Positions 60,944 to 64,000 of a DNA stretch of 64,000 bases are shown here, piece after piece. Every line of letters starts with the position of its first letter. Positions within the stretch are counted from its first letter, which is position 1. The position numbers and the translations under genes were made by a program. The notes under the pieces are model-generated. The model saw nothing but the letters and a program-made list of their open reading frames with translations, had not been told where the DNA came from and made no database searches. Origin of the DNA: Gemmatimonas sp. (GTDB lineage: Bacteria; Gemmatimonadota; Gemmatimonadetes; Gemmatimonadales; Gemmatimonadaceae); the NCBI GenBank assembly GCA_965279375.1, contig OZ257156.1:4704001-4768000 (forward strand), read 5' to 3'.

Positions 60944-61942
60944 CTATGCGCGCGGGTGCGCCTGCCGATAGACCTTTTTGAGACGCTCCACGCTGGTGTG
61001 CGTGTAGATCTGCGTGGTGCTGATGCTGGCATGACCGAGCAATTCCTGCACAGCCCGCAGATCGGCACCGGCATCGACCATGTGCGTGGCAAACGTGTGT
61101 CGAATCGAGTGCGTCGTGAGCCCCGCGCCTTCGTCCACCGCCGACAAGAGTCCAACCACCGCGTGCTGAATCGCGCGCGGACTCATCCGACCGCCGCGTT
61201 CGCTCAGAAACACCGCACCTCGGGCCACGCGCCCCGCCTTCACGCCACCGAGCTTGCTGATCAGCGCGTCACGCTTGACCAGGTAGTTGCGCAGCGCGCG
61301 CTGCGCATGGTCGCCCAAGGGCACGATGCGCTCCTTGCGACCCTTACCACGCACCTTCACCTGCTGCGAGACGAGATCGAGATCCGGCAGATCCACGCCA
61401 CGTAGCTCGGAAAGGCGCAGCCCGCACGAGTAGAACAGCTCGAGCATGGCGAGATTGCGCACATCGGTGAACTCGCCCGAGTGCGAACGCGTGACGGCCA
61501 GCGCCATCAACGTCTCGGCCTGATGCTGATCGAGATACGTGGGCAGCGTACGCGACAACCGCGGCGAGCCCACCGCGCGCGCCGGATTCACATCCACGCG
61601 TTCATCGCGATGCATCCAGCGGTAGAAGCTCCGCACGGCGGACAGCGCACGCGCAATCGAGCGCTTGGCCAGCCCACGTCGTGTCAGATGCGCCATGTAG
61701 CCGCGAATGTCGGTGCGACCGAGCGCGTTCCAATCCCAGCCGGCGATGCCGCGCGTGGAGGCCAACCACGTGCTGAACTCACGCAGATCCCGACTGTACG
61801 CCGACACCGTGTTGGGCGACAGATCGCGCTCCTTCTCGAGGTGCACGAGGAACTCGGCGATCTCGACCGGCAGCGGCGTTGCCTCGGAGCTGGCAGCGTC
61901 ATTGGCGATCGTCTCCTCGCTCTCGTCCGGCGCGTCGCTCAT
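60944..61942 (-). CDS. xerC: Tyrosine recombinase XerC
   Basis: GLRLSEL, GKGRKER, HSIRHTFATH, QELLGH, TTQIYTH, HPRA. Lies in topA-trmFO-xerC-hslV synteny. Confidence 0.9.
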   Translation of the reverse strand: MSDAPDESEETIANDAASSEATPLPVEIAEFLVHLEKERDLSPNTVSAYSRDLREFSTWLASTRGIAGWDWNALGRTDIRGYMAHLTRRGLAKRSIARALSAVRSFYRWMHRDERVDVNPARAVGSPRLSRTLPTYLDQHQAETLMALAVTRSHSGEFTDVRNLAMLELFYSCGLRLSELRGVDLPDLDLVSQQVKVRGKGRKERIVPLGDHAQRALRNYLVKRDALISKLGGVKAGRVARGAVFLSERGGRMSPRAIQHAVVGLLSAVDEGAGLTTHSIRHTFATHMVDAGADLRAVQELLGHASISTTQIYTHTSVERLKKVYRQAHPRA

Positions 61943-61952
61943 GTGATCGATC

Positions 61953-63317
61953 CTAACGCGCGACTGCAGCGGGGACGATCGATGCCGCGTCGCGCCACGC
62001 GGTGAAGTTGGCCAGCGACCGACTCGCGTAGTGCCGACGCTTGCCGACCTTGTCGCGCATGACTTCACGCGACAGACCTTCCAACTCGTCGAGCAACCCG
62101 AAGTTGGCGTTCATCGGCTGGAAGTGGCGCGGATCGGCCTCGCGAAGGTAGCGATAGAGCGCGCCCAACATCGTCGTGGTGGGCGGCACCACCGGCTCCT
62201 CGCCGGCCAGCATGCGCGAGAGATTGATCCCCGCCATCAAGCCCGTTGCCGTGCTCTCGGTGTAGCCTTCCACGCCCGTGATCTGTCCGGCAAAGAGCGT
62301 CGTTGGCTCGTCGCGCAGCGACAGATGCGGCGTCAGCGTCGCCGGCGCATTGACGTACGAGTTGCGATGGATGGAGCCGAAGCGCAGGAACTCGGCGTCG
62401 GCCAAGCCAGGAATCATGCGAAAGACGCGCTGCTGCTCGGGGATGCGCAGTCGCGTCTGAAAGCCGACGAGATTCCACATGCGCCCCGCACGATCTTCCA
62501 TGCGCAGCTGTGCCACGGCCCACGGCTTGTTGCCCGTGCGCGGATCGCGCAACCCGATCGGCTTCATCGGCCCGAAGCGCAACGACTCGCGTCCGCGTTT
62601 GGCCGCTTCCTCCACGGGCATGCACCCTTCGAAGTACGGCACGGCATCGAACTCGTGCGCGGTGAACTGATCGGCCGTGGTCAGCGCATCGAGAAATGCT
62701 TCGTACTCGTCGCGCGTGAACGGGCAGTTGAGATAGGCGCCCTCCTCACCCGCCGACTCCATCGTCTCCTTGCCCCAGCGTGATGCGCGAAACGCAATGT
62801 CCGCATTCACTGACTCGATGGAGACGACCGGCGCGATCGCGTCATAGAAGGCCAGCGACTCCACGCCCAACTTCGCGCGAACCGATTCGGCGAGCGCGTC
62901 GGAGGTGAGCGGGCCGGTTGCAATGATGCCGGGCGATGGCATCTCACGCACTTCCTCCCGCACGACACTGATGCGCGGATGCGCGTGCACGCGATCGTGC
63001 ACGGCCTGCGAGAACAGCTCGCGGTCTACGGAGAGTGCCGTGCCACCTGGCACACGCGCGCTGTCGGCGCACTCGAGCACGAGTGAGCCAAGCAGACGCA
63101 TCTCGGCTTTGAGCAGGCCGTGCGCGCTGGTGGTTTCCGTGCTCTTGAAGGTGTTGGAGCAAACGAGTTCACCGAGTTTCTCGGTGCGATGCGCTGCAGT
63201 ACCTCGCACGCCACGCATCTCGTGCAACACCACCTGATGCCCACGCTCGGCTAACTGCCAAGCGGCCTCACTGCCGGCGAGCCCACCGCCGATGACATGT
63301 ATTTCGCTGGACGACAT
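61953..63317 (-). CDS. trmFO: Folate/FAD-dependent tRNA m5U54 methyltransferase
   Basis: GGGLAGSEAA, ELVCSN, FEGCMP, GPMKP.GL, VGFQT, AGQITGVEGY, FQPMNANFG. Confidence 0.96.
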   Translation of the reverse strand: MSSSEIHVIGGGLAGSEAAWQLAERGHQVVLHEMRGVRGTAAHRTEKLGELVCSNTFKSTETTSAHGLLKAEMRLLGSLVLECADSARVPGGTALSVDRELFSQAVHDRVHAHPRISVVREEVREMPSPGIIATGPLTSDALAESVRAKLGVESLAFYDAIAPVVSIESVNADIAFRASRWGKETMESAGEEGAYLNCPFTRDEYEAFLDALTTADQFTAHEFDAVPYFEGCMPVEEAAKRGRESLRFGPMKPIGLRDPRTGNKPWAVAQLRMEDRAGRMWNLVGFQTRLRIPEQQRVFRMIPGLADAEFLRFGSIHRNSYVNAPATLTPHLSLRDEPTTLFAGQITGVEGYTESTATGLMAGINLSRMLAGEEPVVPPTTTMLGALYRYLREADPRHFQPMNANFGLLDELEGLSREVMRDKVGKRRHYASRSLANFTAWRDAASIVPAAVAR

Positions 63318-63328
63318 GCCGTGAAATT

Positions 63329-63363
63329 AGCGGAGGGTAGCCGACGTTCGGCTACCCTCCGCT
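63329..63363 (-). terminator. 16-bp-stem hairpin after topA
   Basis: AGCGGAGGGTAGCCGA-CGT-TCGGCTACCCTCCGCT, followed on the minus strand by AATTT. Confidence 0.7.
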
Positions 63364-63369
63364 GACAGT

Positions 63370-63999
63370 TCACGCAACTTCCGCGACCTCTTCCACCTCG
63401 TCCGGCGTGGCGACATCCCACTCGTTGCCGCACTTGAGGCACTTTCGGTACTGGCCGCGCGTCTTGTTGCTCTTCATCTCCGCGCCCACGTAACCACACT
63501 CGGGGCACGTTTCGGCGACAGGCTTGTCCCACACCACGAAATCGCAGTTGGGATAGTTCTCGCAGCCGTAGAACGCCTTGCCACGCTTCTTGCTGCGACG
63601 CTCGGCGATCTCGCCACCATCCTTAGGGCAGAAGACGCCCGTGGGCATGGAGCGGGTGCCGCGGCACTTGGGGAAGGTGCTGCAGCCGAGGAAGTCGCCC
63701 GAACGGCCATGACGAATGACCATCGGCTTGCCACACTCCTGACACATGTACTTGGTCAGTTCGGCAGGCTTCTTGTCACCCTTGATGGGGCGCGTGTACT
63801 TGCACGCCTTGGGGTGATTCTCGCAGGCGATGAACGGCCCGAAGAACCCACCCTTGGCCACGAGCTTCCCGCCGTCGAGCGGGCAACGCTCGTTCGGGAG
63901 CGCCGACAGATCGTACGCCTCGCCGATGAGGAGGTCGAGGTCATCGTCGTTGAGCGTGCGCTGGAACGGCGTCCAGAAGTCACCCAGCGCCGTCTGCCA
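63370..63999 (-). CDS. topA: DNA topoisomerase I, C-terminal zinc-ribbon region (5' truncated)
   Basis: Repeated C4 zinc ribbons (CQECG...FLGCSTFPKC; FYGCENYPNC), directly upstream of trmFO. Confidence 0.92.
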   Translation of the reverse strand, partial: WQTALGDFWTPFQRTLNDDDLDLLIGEAYDLSALPNERCPLDGGKLVAKGGFFGPFIACENHPKACKYTRPIKGDKKPAELTKYMCQECGKPMVIRHGRSGDFLGCSTFPKCRGTRSMPTGVFCPKDGGEIAERRSKKRGKAFYGCENYPNCDFVVWDKPVAETCPECGYVGAEMKSNKTRGQYRKCLKCGNEWDVATPDEVEEVAEVA

Positions 64000-64000
64000 G

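Noticed and set aside
60944..61942. Tyrosine recombinase as a prophage or island integrase
   Set aside because: Sequence and topA-trmFO-hslV synteny indicate housekeeping XerC. No att sites or phage genes are present.

Overview
A high-GC bacterial window of mostly core chromosome. Gene content and protein style suggest Gemmatimonadota, which is an inference. In order it holds: a LacI / TonB-dependent receptor / GH144 / ABC / GH1 glucan-uptake locus; GDPD; an MCP, an OprB porin, a PAS kinase and a CheB-CheR fusion; LytS-LytTR with a GH30 and a protein resembling eukaryotic Amun; a PASTA protein; hldD; a sugar-salvage cluster (GH109, nucleotidyltransferases, galactokinase-like kinase, cupin); an M1 peptidase; an F0+delta-only ATP synthase operon with a Rex-like operator; MoxR; and the topA-trmFO-xerC-hslV-hslU-argF-bcp-gcvT region. 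The best candidate for an undescribed system is at about 44.5-52.3 kb. A sigma54 activator with a pseudo-receiver sits upstream of a sigma54-type promoter. Downstream lie an uncharacterised two-domain protein, an unannotated 23-aa peptide with a strong RBS (MGILAQLVNAIMSFALADAKVWG) and a membrane HD-GYP phosphodiesterase. These converge on a BTAD-ATPase-helical-repeat regulator, and a lower-GC block covers only the putative specificity parts. No rRNA, tRNA, CRISPR array or IS element was recognised. All family calls come from motif recognition by eye, not database searches.
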